DNA of 32,000 nucleotides from Psychrobacter sp. DM4 (GCF_051307035.1 NZ_CP195536.1:1350001-1382000); one strand, 5' to 3'; counted from the first letter of the stretch, positions 1-9,981 are shown. The notes: generated by a model from the letters alone, not told the origin. Translations and numbers: made by a program.

Positions 1-2
1 AC

Positions 3-1292
3 GCCACAGAGTTACAGTTCGAGCTGTGCTCGGCAGCGACCAATATGTTTGAATCGGTCGCTGCCGAGCACAAGTTACCTACTGGGTTCAACGCCAGTCA
101 GACAATCTGCGAGCACGCCTTTGCTGAGGGTAGTCATGATAATTTGAGCATGATAATGCTTAGTATGGATGCAACACCATGCCAATCTGGTCAAGCAAGC
201 GCTTTGAATAGCTCAGATCAAAGTAGTAGCGATAGCGATATGCCCCGTTATAAGCTACCGACAGGCTTAGAAGTCGGCGATAGTATCGACGGATTCACAG
301 TAATGACTATCATTGCGCGCACCGCTCGCAGTGATGTGTATTTGGTACAAGATGAGCATAAAAACGACTATGTCTTGAAATCCCCGAGTCTCGATACTAT
401 CGATGATGGTCACTATTTGCGTGATTTTTTGAAGGAGCGCAAGATTGGCCTTAGCCTCTCAAAACATCGACGCGCAGGCGAGTCCGCTTTTAATCAAGCT
501 GATCCTAATCGGTTGCACATGACTACTCTAAATGGTAGTAGCATCCAAAGCCAAAGTATAAGTTCTGGATTTAGTGCGTCAGGACTGCTGCGTTACTATC
601 CTGTACCTGCCAGCACCACCTATCTGTATCACTTAACGGAATACATTGAGGGCGAGAGCCTACGGGACTTTATTGAACGCAATGCGCCGTGTGATGTCTG
701 GCAGACTTATGATCTACTGACCAAGATCGGCATGGCGGTGCGGGTGATGCATCGCAACTATCTGTTGCACCAAGACATCAAGCCTGAAAACGTGCTTTTA
801 ACTCAAGCAGGCGCGGTCAAGCTAATCGACTTTGGTTCGGCAAGCTCCTCCATTCTAAAAGACAGTACGCGCCCGCCTAATGGCGACTTGCATTACGCTG
901 CACCAGAGTATTACACCGATGCACCAAAAGGCGTGCATTCGGATCTTTTTTCAATAGCGGTAATCGGCTATGAGCTACTGACAGGACAGCTGCCGTTTGG
1001 CACGCAAGATCTCATGAATCCGCAGCACGCTCTAGTGATGCCTGCCCAGCCGCTACGCCAAAACAACATACCCGCTATCAGTCAGCAGGCACTTATGCGG
1101 GCGCTACATTCTAATACTAATGCACGCTATCAAGCCATCGGTGAGTTCTTACAGGATTTTAACCCTGATAATAGGGCAAACAGTCGTGACCCTGAACCGC
1201 TTATTCAGCGCAACCCTTTACTGGTATGGCATAGCATTTGCTTTATACAGTTTGTCATCATCATTTTATTGCTGTGGGTTTATCTGGCATAA
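3..1292 (+). CDS. Bifunctional PP2C-type phosphatase / Ser-Thr protein kinase, C-terminally membrane-anchored (5-prime end lies outside the window)
   Basis: The frame is open from the window edge, with no stop between pos 3 and the first ATG at 45. AEGSHDNLSMIML resembles the C-terminal xDN(I/L)(S/T) motif of PP2C phosphatases. Kinase subdomains follow: VLK (beta3 Lys), HQDIKPEN (catalytic loop), IDFG and APEY. The C-terminus has a hydrophobic helix, LLVWHSICFIQFVIIILLLWVYLA. Confidence 0.8.
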   Translation, partial: ATELQFELCSAATNMFESVAAEHKLPTGFNASQTICEHAFAEGSHDNLSMIMLSMDATPCQSGQASALNSSDQSSSDSDMPRYKLPTGLEVGDSIDGFTVMTIIARTARSDVYLVQDEHKNDYVLKSPSLDTIDDGHYLRDFLKERKIGLSLSKHRRAGESAFNQADPNRLHMTTLNGSSIQSQSISSGFSASGLLRYYPVPASTTYLYHLTEYIEGESLRDFIERNAPCDVWQTYDLLTKIGMAVRVMHRNYLLHQDIKPENVLLTQAGAVKLIDFGSASSSILKDSTRPPNGDLHYAAPEYYTDAPKGVHSDLFSIAVIGYELLTGQLPFGTQDLMNPQHALVMPAQPLRQNNIPAISQQALMRALHSNTNARYQAIGEFLQDFNPDNRANSRDPEPLIQRNPLLVWHSICFIQFVIIILLLWVYLA

Positions 1293-1373
1293 GTGCTTAT
1301 GCGCCAAGCATACATTATCAATGACAGATCATCATTTATTTCACGCTGCACCACGCGGCTAAGGATACGCTCT

Positions 1374-2810
1374 ATGTCGCTTTATAAGTCATCACCTACC
1401 ACTCAATCCGATAGTCATAATATAGACGTTACTGAAAATGCGGGCATCATCATCATCGGTGCTGGTATGGCAGGCAGCCGTTTTGCTATTGAGCTGGCAA
1501 GGGCGCAGCAGCTAAATGATGCTGACGTCCATCCGCCAATTACCTTGATTAGCAAAGAGAGCCACGTGGGCTACAACCGCATTATGTTATCGCCTGTGCT
1601 GGCAGGAGATACCGCGTTTGATGATACTTACCTGTATGACCAATCAGACTATGAGCAGTTGGGCATTAGGGTGCTGGCTGGGGTCAGCGTGGATACGATG
1701 GATACCAATCAGCAGTGTATTGAGCTTGATAACGGGCAGACGCTACACTATACCAAAGTAGTGATCGCTACAGGATCAACCGCTCGCGTGATACCGTTTC
1801 CCAATCATAAGGCTAAAGGGGTACATGTCTTTCGAGATTCTATGGATGTCAGCACACTGACTGAATACGCCCGTCAAGGCAAAACGGGACTCGTGATTGG
1901 CGGCGGGGTATTGGGACTGGAGGCGGCGTGTGCTCTAGCAGGACAAGGGGCGAGCATGACGGTCATTCATGTGGATGCTTACGTACTCAACACCCAGCTG
2001 GATCTACCTGCCGCAGAGTTGCTACAAGCTGAGCTGAGTCGCCGCAACGTTGGGCTTGAGGTGTCTGCCAATACCGAAGCGATTGTTATCAATGAGGCCG
2101 ACGAGGTGTGCGGATTATCTCTAAAAGACGGGCGCACCTTAGCTGCTGATTTTATTGTCATGGCAGTCGGCGTGATGCCTAATACGGCGCTAGCCAAAGA
2201 CAGCGGTCTTGAGGTCAATCGCGGTATTATCGTTGACAACTGTATGCATACCAGTTGCCCGCATGTCTATGCAATCGGCGAGTGTGTGGAGCTTGATGGC
2301 GAGCTGTTTGGGATGGTCGCGCCCGTCAATCAGCAAGTCGATACGCTAGTAACGGTACTAAAAGATACCGTTATATCAGACCCTGCTATGGCATCAAATG
2401 CACCCTCACAAGAGCACTGGCAACCCTTCGTCAGCAAACCTTTATCATTAAAATTAAAAGTATCTGGCGTAGCGGCATTCTCAGCGGGTGAAATCGCCTT
2501 TGACGATAGCACGGCTGAGCACATCGAGACTTTGGTTTATCGCCAACCTACTTTGAACCACTATCACTGTCTCTACCTAAGAGATAATAAGATCGTCGGC
2601 GCAGTGCTATACGGTGACGTCAATGAAGGTAGCTTCTATAGTCAGCTGATTATGGATAATGTCGATATCACTCCTATAAAAGACAACTTGCTCTTTGGCG
2701 CGGCTTATTGCGATTTGGATGCATTACATTCAAGCACTACGCATAAGAGTACGACGAGTGATGATAAAAACAATAGCAAAATATGTGATCTAGTAGAGGA
2801 AGCCTCATGA
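1374..2810 (+). CDS. FAD/NAD(P)H-dependent pyridine-nucleotide-disulfide oxidoreductase, NirB N-terminal-half-like; probable electron-transfer partner of the assimilatory nitrate reductase
   Basis: There are two Rossmann GxGxxG motifs (IIIIGAGMAGSRFA and LVIGGGVLGLEAA) and a NirB-like dimerisation tail (HCLYLRDNKIVGAVLYGD). The ORF ends before any BFD, siroheme or 4Fe-4S domain. I chose the ATG at 1374 because AAGGA lies 8 nt upstream, although the ORF is open from GTG 1293. The stop overlaps the nasA start (ATGA at 2807-2810). Confidence 0.8.
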   Translation: MSLYKSSPTTQSDSHNIDVTENAGIIIIGAGMAGSRFAIELARAQQLNDADVHPPITLISKESHVGYNRIMLSPVLAGDTAFDDTYLYDQSDYEQLGIRVLAGVSVDTMDTNQQCIELDNGQTLHYTKVVIATGSTARVIPFPNHKAKGVHVFRDSMDVSTLTEYARQGKTGLVIGGGVLGLEAACALAGQGASMTVIHVDAYVLNTQLDLPAAELLQAELSRRNVGLEVSANTEAIVINEADEVCGLSLKDGRTLAADFIVMAVGVMPNTALAKDSGLEVNRGIIVDNCMHTSCPHVYAIGECVELDGELFGMVAPVNQQVDTLVTVLKDTVISDPAMASNAPSQEHWQPFVSKPLSLKLKVSGVAAFSAGEIAFDDSTAEHIETLVYRQPTLNHYHCLYLRDNKIVGAVLYGDVNEGSFYSQLIMDNVDITPIKDNLLFGAAYCDLDALHSSTTHKSTTSDDKNNSKICDLVEEAS

Positions 2811-5800
2811 ATGATACCCTCATCGAAAAACCCCTAGAAATCTCTAAAGATACCCAAAATATGAACAGCCAAGTTATTGCAACACAGGACATAAGCGCGA
2901 CTCAGACGAATCCGCTAGAGGCTTTGAATGAAAATTTAGCAACGACTATTCGCACCACATGCCCTTACTGCGGTGTTGGTTGTGGGGTTTTAGCCCGTGT
3001 CGATACAACAGGTCATATCAGTGTAACAGGCGATCCTGAGCATCCTGCCAACTTTGGCAAACTGTGCTCAAAGGGCAGTGCGCTCGCGCAAACCTTGGGC
3101 GCCGCGCGCCGATTGACCCAGCCTTACTATCAAAACAAGCTGGCGTCTATGCAACGGCAACAGCCGATGCTGTTAGAGTCATCAGATACACCTTCTGACA
3201 ATAGCGCTGTAGAGGTATCGGCTACCAAACCGCGCATTGCAAACACCGACTGGGATACTGTGTTAGGAGATATTGCTCATCGCTTGAACGACACCATCGA
3301 CAAACACGGCCCAGATAGCATCATGCTGTATGTTTCAGGGCAGCTATTGACCGAAGACTACTATGTGGCTAATAAATTCGTTAAAGGCTTTATTGGGAAT
3401 AATAATATCGATTCCAACTCTCGACTGTGTATGTCATCAGCGGTGGCAGGGCACAAACGGGCATTTGGCGCAGACTTAGTACCGGGCAATTATGAGGATT
3501 TGGAGGCTTGTGACTTATTGGTACTTGTCGGCTCAAACATGGCGTGGTGTCATCCTATTTTATTTGGACGCTTTTTAGCCGCCAAAAAAGCCGATCCTAG
3601 CAAAAAGCTCATCGTCATTGACCCGCGCCGTACCGACTCTTGTGAATTTGCCGATTTGCACTTGCCGATTGCTGCTGGCACGGACACCCATTTATACAAT
3701 GGTCTATTGCATTATCTGGCGCAGCAAGGGTGCCAAGATGACGAATACGTCAAACAAAGCTTAGGTATAGCTGACGCTTTGAGCGCGGCTAACCCATGGA
3801 GTATTGATAAGGTGGCGAGCGCTTGCCAAGTGCCTGCCGAGAGTATTCGCCAGTTTTACGATTCGGTTGCGACTACTGATAAAACAGTGACCGCCTTTAG
3901 TATGGGCGTGAATCAATCCAAAAGTGGCACTGATAAAGTCAACGCTATCATCAATACGCATCTATTCACTGGTCGCGTGGGCAAAGTAGGCGCCAGTCCG
4001 TTTTCGCTCACAGGGCAGCCTAATGCCATGGGCGGACGAGAGGTTGGGGCGCTTGCGAATTTATTGGCGGCGCACTTGGACTTGGATAATGCCGATCATC
4101 GGCAACTGGTCGCTGAATTTTGGCAGTCGCCTCAGGCTATCACTCCAAAAGTTGGTGTTAAGGCGTGTGATGCTGCGGATGCAATCTTGGATGGTCGTAT
4201 CAAAGCCATTTGGATCATGGCGACCAATCCTGTGGTCAGCTTGCCAGAGGCCGATAAGTTCCGCCAAGCGCTCGCGCATTGTGATTTGGTCATAGTGTCT
4301 GATTGCTCAGTGGACAGCGATACAGTGCACTGCGCGGATATTGTATTGCCCGCGCAAGGATGGGGCGAAAAATCTGGTACGGTCACCAACTCTGAGCGGC
4401 GTATCTCTCGTCAACGCCCTTTGATGCCTGCGGTAGGGGTTGCAAAACCTGACTGGTGGATACTGTCACAAGTCGCCACGCGCATGGGGTTTTCAGGGTT
4501 TGATTATCAAAACCCTAGCGAGATATTTAATGAGCATGTGGCCTTAACGACTTATCGCAATGACGGCTATCCAGAACAAGAAACCAGCGCTACTGTATCT
4601 ACTAACAATCAACCTCGCTTTCTTAACCTTACTAACGATTTGACCGCATTTACTACCGATATCAAAGAGGGCAATCAGCCTATTACTCAAATGACTCAGA
4701 CGAGTGTGCTTAGTATTGAGGAGTATGATGCGCTACTGCCATTTCAATGGGGCGGCACGCGTATCTCGATGATTCATACCGCAGGTAATTCGGTAGCCAA
4801 CTCATCTAAGCAAACCGACTCTTGCACTAAAGCCCAGCTGATAGCGATTACGCCCGCTGATGATGCCAGTCTACCCAATTTGCATCAGCGTAGAGAGCCG
4901 CGTAACCAGCACGATAAAGAGAATGATAATAGTGTAAATCAGCAACCGCTCGATCAGCCTGTTATTGATCTACGCCTCATCACTGGCAGACTTCGTGACC
5001 AGTGGCATACGATGACTCGTACTGGCCTTGCCCCGCAGCTCAATCAACACCAATCCGTGCCAACCGTCACCATACATCCAGATGACGCACAGCGATTAAA
5101 TCTATCGGTTGATGATTTTGTAAGGCTTTATAGTAGGTATGACAATAACGATGCCAATAACGATACTACTAACAATGCTAATAACGATGCGACTGCTGCG
5201 AGCGATAAAGCATCATTTGCCAATGAGGCAACAGCCAGTCAAGTGCTGGCACAAGTGGCGATTAGTGACAGTATGCGCGCGGGCGATGCGTTTATGCCAA
5301 TGCACTGGAGCAATGCTTTTGCCAGCTTTGCTCGTATGGGTACGCTGATACCAACGGTCGTGGATCCGCATTCAGGACAGCCTGAACTCAAAAACTCAGC
5401 GATTAGCCTCACGCCAGTGCCGATGCAAGCTTTTGGCAAGATTTTGGTGCATCCTGACTGGCAAGACGCCGTTATAGTGCAGCTACGTACTATTTTGGCT
5501 AGTTTTGATGCACAATCAAATAAGCCTTTATCAAGTCAGCTTCCTGCCCTCACTTGGAATCTAAGCCACCAAACCAACAGCGTGTTATTCCATATTGCAA
5601 GCCCGATGGCTCAGAGTAGCGACATACTGTGCGACCCTGAATTTTGGCAGCAGTTTGCAGCATCTATGCAAACATCACAGCATATTGCCTCAGAGTTTTC
5701 ATCCGCCTTGTCAGACGACGTACTGACAAAATCGTCCTCTCATCGATTAGCAAACGCACTGCCACAAGCAGGGATCAACACCGCATTTACACTGAATAAG

Positions 5801-6241
5801 TCGTACAATCAATTACGTTTTATTATGACTCAATCAGGTGATAGTACAGTAGTAGATCAGTCTGCTACAGACAACATGGAGACTGAGGTTGAGCCGTCTG
5901 AGCAGCTCATGATGGCTGTGTATCTAGCATCAACATCACAGTCATTACCTAGCGTCCATTGGCTTGATGGGTGTTTTGCCGATACTATGCAAATCCCACA
6001 TGAGCAGCGCTATAAATGGCTATTAGCAGGACGTCCTGCCAGTGGTTATATTGACCCGGGCAAGCTGGTTTGCTCATGCATGGCGGTCGGAGAGAATATC
6101 ATTATTAATGCGATAACCAAACACCATTGTACAAGTGCGGTAGCCGTTGGCAAACAGTGCCGAGCAGGCACCAACTGTGGCTCTTGTGTTGGTCAGATTA
6201 ATGCATTGATTGCGCAGTACGCGCCGCTCGCGCCGGTTTAG
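2807..6241 (+). CDS. nasA: Assimilatory nitrate reductase catalytic subunit (molybdopterin oxidoreductase with N-terminal 4Fe-4S and C-terminal BFD-like 2Fe-2S domain), unusually long at 1144 aa
   Basis: The N-terminus has the Cys cluster CPYCGVGCGV...KLCSKG. MopB-type blocks are present (LYVSGQLLTEDYY, VLVGSNMAWCHPI, GQPNAMGGREVG, TGRLRDQWHTMTRTG, MPMHW). The C-terminus has CSC...CRAGTNCGSC, a BFD-like C-x-C...C-x2-C pattern. The start is translationally coupled to the upstream flavoprotein gene. Confidence 0.9.
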   Translation: MNDTLIEKPLEISKDTQNMNSQVIATQDISATQTNPLEALNENLATTIRTTCPYCGVGCGVLARVDTTGHISVTGDPEHPANFGKLCSKGSALAQTLGAARRLTQPYYQNKLASMQRQQPMLLESSDTPSDNSAVEVSATKPRIANTDWDTVLGDIAHRLNDTIDKHGPDSIMLYVSGQLLTEDYYVANKFVKGFIGNNNIDSNSRLCMSSAVAGHKRAFGADLVPGNYEDLEACDLLVLVGSNMAWCHPILFGRFLAAKKADPSKKLIVIDPRRTDSCEFADLHLPIAAGTDTHLYNGLLHYLAQQGCQDDEYVKQSLGIADALSAANPWSIDKVASACQVPAESIRQFYDSVATTDKTVTAFSMGVNQSKSGTDKVNAIINTHLFTGRVGKVGASPFSLTGQPNAMGGREVGALANLLAAHLDLDNADHRQLVAEFWQSPQAITPKVGVKACDAADAILDGRIKAIWIMATNPVVSLPEADKFRQALAHCDLVIVSDCSVDSDTVHCADIVLPAQGWGEKSGTVTNSERRISRQRPLMPAVGVAKPDWWILSQVATRMGFSGFDYQNPSEIFNEHVALTTYRNDGYPEQETSATVSTNNQPRFLNLTNDLTAFTTDIKEGNQPITQMTQTSVLSIEEYDALLPFQWGGTRISMIHTAGNSVANSSKQTDSCTKAQLIAITPADDASLPNLHQRREPRNQHDKENDNSVNQQPLDQPVIDLRLITGRLRDQWHTMTRTGLAPQLNQHQSVPTVTIHPDDAQRLNLSVDDFVRLYSRYDNNDANNDTTNNANNDATAASDKASFANEATASQVLAQVAISDSMRAGDAFMPMHWSNAFASFARMGTLIPTVVDPHSGQPELKNSAISLTPVPMQAFGKILVHPDWQDAVIVQLRTILASFDAQSNKPLSSQLPALTWNLSHQTNSVLFHIASPMAQSSDILCDPEFWQQFAASMQTSQHIASEFSSALSDDVLTKSSSHRLANALPQAGINTAFTLNKSYNQLRFIMTQSGDSTVVDQSATDNMETEVEPSEQLMMAVYLASTSQSLPSVHWLDGCFADTMQIPHEQRYKWLLAGRPASGYIDPGKLVCSCMAVGENIIINAITKHHCTSAVAVGKQCRAGTNCGSCVGQINALIAQYAPLAPV

Positions 6242-6365
6242 ATAAGTGTATGGCACATCGCTTGCAACTTATTAGGCGTGACTTGCTATCCGTTAGCCAC
6301 CGTTTCAACACGCCCTATTCAAATGTTTACTTTGTTGTACCAATACTGCTTTAGGAGCTATCGCC

Positions 6366-7295
6366 ATGACTGATTCATCTGTATCTATTCCAAGCTGTAT
6401 AACAGATAACGTAATCCATCAAAAATGTGCGCAAAATGCCAAAGTATCCGATAGACAAAACTCTGTATGTACGGGCATTGTCTATTTAGTAGGTGCAGGC
6501 GCTGGTGATCCTGAGCTGTTGACACTCAAGGCATTACGAGTGATGCAGCGCGCTGATGTAGTGCTCTATGACAGCTTAGTATCGCAAGATATATTAGATA
6601 TGTGCGCGATAACAGCCGAAAAAATATTTGTCGGTAAGCGCCGTGCCAATCATGCGTTGCCGCAAGAGAATATCAATGAGCTCCTCGTAAAACATGCGCA
6701 GGCAGGCAAAACAGTGGTCAGACTAAAGGGCGGAGATCCTTTTATCTTTGGACGCGGCGGCGAAGAGCTCCAAGAAGTCGTGCGTCATGGCATCTACTTT
6801 GAGTCAATCCCTGGGGTGACCGCAGCGAGTGCAGCGTCTAATCGCGCCGGTATTCCCTTAACGCATCGTGATCATGCGCAGTCCGTCAAGTTTGTGACCG
6901 CGTGCAAAAAGCTTGGCGCGCCTAACAATGACTATACTGAAATGCTCGATACTACGCAGACGGTTGTGTTCTATATGGGATTACATCGGCTGGAGCAGAT
7001 GACACAAGGGCTTATAGAGGCAGGACGCGCTAGTGACACGCCATTTGCCATCATCAGTCATGCAAGCATGCCCACACAGCAAGTGCTCATTGGTACGCTA
7101 AAGGATATTGCAGCGCAGCAGGCGTACGCCAATCTGCCGACACCAGCATTACTGATCATGGGCGATGTGGTCGGATTGCATAAGGAGTTTGCAGCCTATA
7201 ATCTTGGCGCTTCGGGCAACCGTGTATTTGCTAACATGCAAGACACGATAGCGGCTAAAGGTCTGGTATCGAGTTATGAGAGTGTTGTTTTATAA
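6366..7295 (+). CDS. cobA: Uroporphyrinogen-III C-methyltransferase (SUMT, siroheme branch)
   Basis: The SUMT signature is present: VYLVGAGAGDPELLTLKALRVMQRADVVLYD, plus VVRLKGGDPFIFGRGGEE. An AGGAG Shine-Dalgarno lies 8 nt upstream of the ATG. The gene is last in the nas cluster. Confidence 0.9.
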   Translation: MTDSSVSIPSCITDNVIHQKCAQNAKVSDRQNSVCTGIVYLVGAGAGDPELLTLKALRVMQRADVVLYDSLVSQDILDMCAITAEKIFVGKRRANHALPQENINELLVKHAQAGKTVVRLKGGDPFIFGRGGEELQEVVRHGIYFESIPGVTAASAASNRAGIPLTHRDHAQSVKFVTACKKLGAPNNDYTEMLDTTQTVVFYMGLHRLEQMTQGLIEAGRASDTPFAIISHASMPTQQVLIGTLKDIAAQQAYANLPTPALLIMGDVVGLHKEFAAYNLGASGNRVFANMQDTIAAKGLVSSYESVVL

Positions 7296-7331
7296 GATAA
7301 CTATCATAAAACTCAAGACTAGTTAAGGCGT

Positions 7332-7371
7332 AACCCTATCAGTGTCAATTCAGATACTTATAGGGTTTTTT
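7332..7371 (+). terminator. Candidate rho-independent terminator of the nas/cobA operon
   Basis: AACCCTAT (7332-7339) pairs with ATAGGGTT (7360-7367), followed directly by TTTTT. The 20-nt loop is long, so confidence is only moderate. Confidence 0.5.
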
Positions 7372-7510
7372 ATGGTGCCCGTTGACGAGTAATCGATTAC
7401 TATACATCATCATTAATCTGACTATATATTACAGTTAATAATTTTCTATCAACCACACCTGCCATACCTGTAACTCCCCTGTAGACCTGATATAATTCTA
7501 AATATCTTAC

Positions 7511-7540
7511 TGAACATTTATTTATTTTAGATTTTATAAT
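7511..7540 (+). promoter_or_regulatory. Candidate sigma70 promoter for hsdM-hsdS-X
   Basis: TGAACA (7511-7516), an 18-nt spacer and a perfect TATAAT (7535-7540) lie about 30 nt before the hsdM start. An alternative extended -10, TGaTATAAT, sits at 7488-7496. The region is AT-rich, so chance matches are plausible. Confidence 0.3.
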
Positions 7541-7569
7541 AGCATTCAACCTTGCCTATCAAACAAAAG

Positions 7570-9981
7570 ATGCCTTTTATGACCAAAAACTTCTCTCAAA
7601 CAGCGGCTTTCATCTGGTCTGTCGCTGATTTATTGCGCGGCGACTTTAAGCAATCTCAATACGGTCGTATCATCCTGCCATTCACACTACTGCGCCGCTT
7701 AGAGTGCGTATTATCAGAGACCAAAGCCGCTGTGGTTGCCGAAAACCAACGTATCGCTGATATGGGTCTGCCAGAGGAAGCGCAAGAGAAGTTCATCATA
7801 CGTGCCAGCAAGCGACCGTTCTACAATATCTCGCCCATGGACTTAAGCAAGATGGGTCAGAGTGATATCAAGGATAACCTCAACACTTACGTGCAATCAT
7901 TCTCAAAAGATGCGCGCGAGATATTTGAGCACTTCAAGTTTGAAGAGTTCATCGGGCAGCTCGCCGATGCTAACCTGCTATATAAAGTGGTGCAAAAGTT
8001 CGCCAATACTGATCTGAGTCCTGAGGCGATATCCAACCACGAAATGGGCTTTGTGTTTGAAGAGCTGATCCGCCGCTTTGCTGAAAGCTCAAACGAGACC
8101 GCAGGGGAGCACTTTACCCCGCGTGATATTGTACGCCTGACGACGTCACTGGTGTTTATGGAAGATGACAGTGTTCTGAGCAAGGAAGGTATTATTCGTA
8201 CCATTTATGACCCGACAGCAGGGACGGGCGGCTTTTTGTCCTCTGGTATGGAATACGTGCTAGAGCTCAACCCTGATGCGGTCATGCGTACCTATGGGCA
8301 AGAGCTAAATCCTGAGTCCTATGCCATCTGTAAAGCCGATATGCTGATAAAAGGGCAGGAAGTCAATAACATCAAGCTGGGCAATACCTTATCCAGTGAT
8401 CAACTGGTCGCGGAAAAGTTCGACTACATGCTGTCCAATCCGCCGTTTGGGGTAGATTGGAAAAAGATATCAGGTGAGATCAAAGACGAGCACGAGCAAA
8501 AAGGCTTTGACGGTCGATTTGGTGCAGGCTTGCCGCGCGTGTCTGATGGATCGCTATTGTTCCTGATGCATCTGATTAGCAAGCTGCAGAACACGACTGC
8601 CAATAGTGAACAGAGCCGCGCCAATGAGCACCACGGCAGCCGTATCGGTATCATCTTGAATGGCTCACCGCTATTCACGGGCGGCGCAGGTAGCGGCGAG
8701 AGTGAGATTCGCCGTTATATTCTTGAGGCGGATTTACTTGAGGCCATTATCGCCCTGCCTACCGATATGTTCTATAACACAGGTATCGCTACCTATGTAT
8801 GGGTGTTGAGCAATAAGAAAGCGCCTGAGCGTAAAGGTCACGTGCAATTGATCGACGGTAGCAATCTATACGGCAAGATGCGTAAGTCGCTCGGCTCAAA
8901 GCGTAATGAGATGAGCGATGAGGATATCAAAACCATTACTCGTAGTTTTGGTGACTTTGAAGTAGTTGACGCGCGTGTATTAGACAAGCCAGAGGAAGTG
9001 AAATCTAACCGTGGCCGTCAGTCTGCCAACCCCCATTCCAAAAGTGCCAGCTCACCTGCCAAGACCTTTGCCAGTAAGATATTTAAGACCCATGAGTTTG
9101 GCTATCGCCGCATCACCATTGAGCGTCCGCTCCGTCTATCCGCCCAGCTCTCTGACGATGCTATCGAAACCCTACGTTATGCGCCTAAACCGTTCGATAT
9201 GGTCATGCCAGCGCTATATGAGGCGTTTGGTAGCCAATGGACAAGCGTGGACGACTCTAAAAACTACGGCGATTTATCAGCGGTCACTATTGATGCCCGT
9301 GCGATGATTAAGGCCGACTTTAGCGAGCTAAAAGAGAAGCAAATCAAAGATGTGCTGGATACCAAACTCTGGCAAGACCAGCTTAAGATCATGACTAAAG
9401 CCAAGGCCTTGCAAGCAGCGATAGGTACAAGCCAATTCGATGATTTCAATGCGTTTGAAAAGGTGTTTAAGCAAGCGCTTAAAGATACTGATGCCAGTTT
9501 AGATCTTAGTCTTGATGCTAAGGAGAAAAAGCAGATTATCGATGCTATCACGTGGAAAAACCCTGAAGCAGAGCCTGTCATCAAAAAGACAGTCAAGGTG
9601 GCTAATCCGCTTTATGGTGCGTTTAGTTATAAGCCTACCGCGACTACTCAAAAAGCAGACAAGCCAGCCAAAATTGTAGAGTTCCAAACGGATAGCGACC
9701 TACGTGATTATGAAAATGTGCCGCTCAATCCTGAGGTGACCACCACTGAGCTGATTGAAAGTTACTTCGCCCGTGAAGTACAGCCGCATGTGCCTGATGC
9801 GTGGATCAATAGCGACAAGACCGATGCCATCGATGAAGAGGTCGGCATCGTCGGCTTTGAGATACCCTTTAACCGCCATTACTATGTCTATGAGCCACCG
9901 CGCGCGCTTGCTGATATCGATGCGGACTTAGACGCGGTCAGTAGCGAGATTATGCAGTTATTGGGTGAGGTGCATTCATAA
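7570..9981 (+). CDS. hsdM: Type I restriction-modification system, DNA methyltransferase subunit M (long form, about 800 aa)
   Basis: It has an HsdM N-terminal block ([32 protein letters not shown]), AdoMet motif I ([10 protein letters not shown]) and N6-adenine motif IV (NPPFG). The stop overlaps the hsdS start by 1 nt (TAATG). The start is ambiguous: the first ATG is 7570, a second is at 7579, and the ORF is open from TTG 7552. Confidence 0.93.
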   Translation: MPFMTKNFSQTAAFIWSVADLLRGDFKQSQYGRIILPFTLLRRLECVLSETKAAVVAENQRIADMGLPEEAQEKFIIRASKRPFYNISPMDLSKMGQSDIKDNLNTYVQSFSKDAREIFEHFKFEEFIGQLADANLLYKVVQKFANTDLSPEAISNHEMGFVFEELIRRFAESSNETAGEHFTPRDIVRLTTSLVFMEDDSVLSKEGIIRTIYDPTAGTGGFLSSGMEYVLELNPDAVMRTYGQELNPESYAICKADMLIKGQEVNNIKLGNTLSSDQLVAEKFDYMLSNPPFGVDWKKISGEIKDEHEQKGFDGRFGAGLPRVSDGSLLFLMHLISKLQNTTANSEQSRANEHHGSRIGIILNGSPLFTGGAGSGESEIRRYILEADLLEAIIALPTDMFYNTGIATYVWVLSNKKAPERKGHVQLIDGSNLYGKMRKSLGSKRNEMSDEDIKTITRSFGDFEVVDARVLDKPEEVKSNRGRQSANPHSKSASSPAKTFASKIFKTHEFGYRRITIERPLRLSAQLSDDAIETLRYAPKPFDMVMPALYEAFGSQWTSVDDSKNYGDLSAVTIDARAMIKADFSELKEKQIKDVLDTKLWQDQLKIMTKAKALQAAIGTSQFDDFNAFEKVFKQALKDTDASLDLSLDAKEKKQIIDAITWKNPEAEPVIKKTVKVANPLYGAFSYKPTATTQKADKPAKIVEFQTDSDLRDYENVPLNPEVTTTELIESYFAREVQPHVPDAWINSDKTDAIDEEVGIVGFEIPFNRHYYVYEPPRALADIDADLDAVSSEIMQLLGEVHS

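Noticed and set aside
1293-1373. GTG 1293 / ATG 1299 as the start of the flavoprotein gene, which would abut the kinase stop directly.
   Set aside because: The 27-aa extension (MLMRQAYIINDRSSFISRCTTRLRIRS) is not family-like and has no Shine-Dalgarno. The ATG at 1374 has AAGGA at the proper distance. This remains uncertain, so it is noted in the feature evidence.
7380-7551. A search by eye for direct repeats or att-like sites shared between the left (7380-7551) and right (15628-16157) edges of the R-M island.
   Set aside because: I found only trivial AT-rich similarities, for example TGATATAATTC versus TAATATAATC. There is nothing I could defend without a computed alignment.
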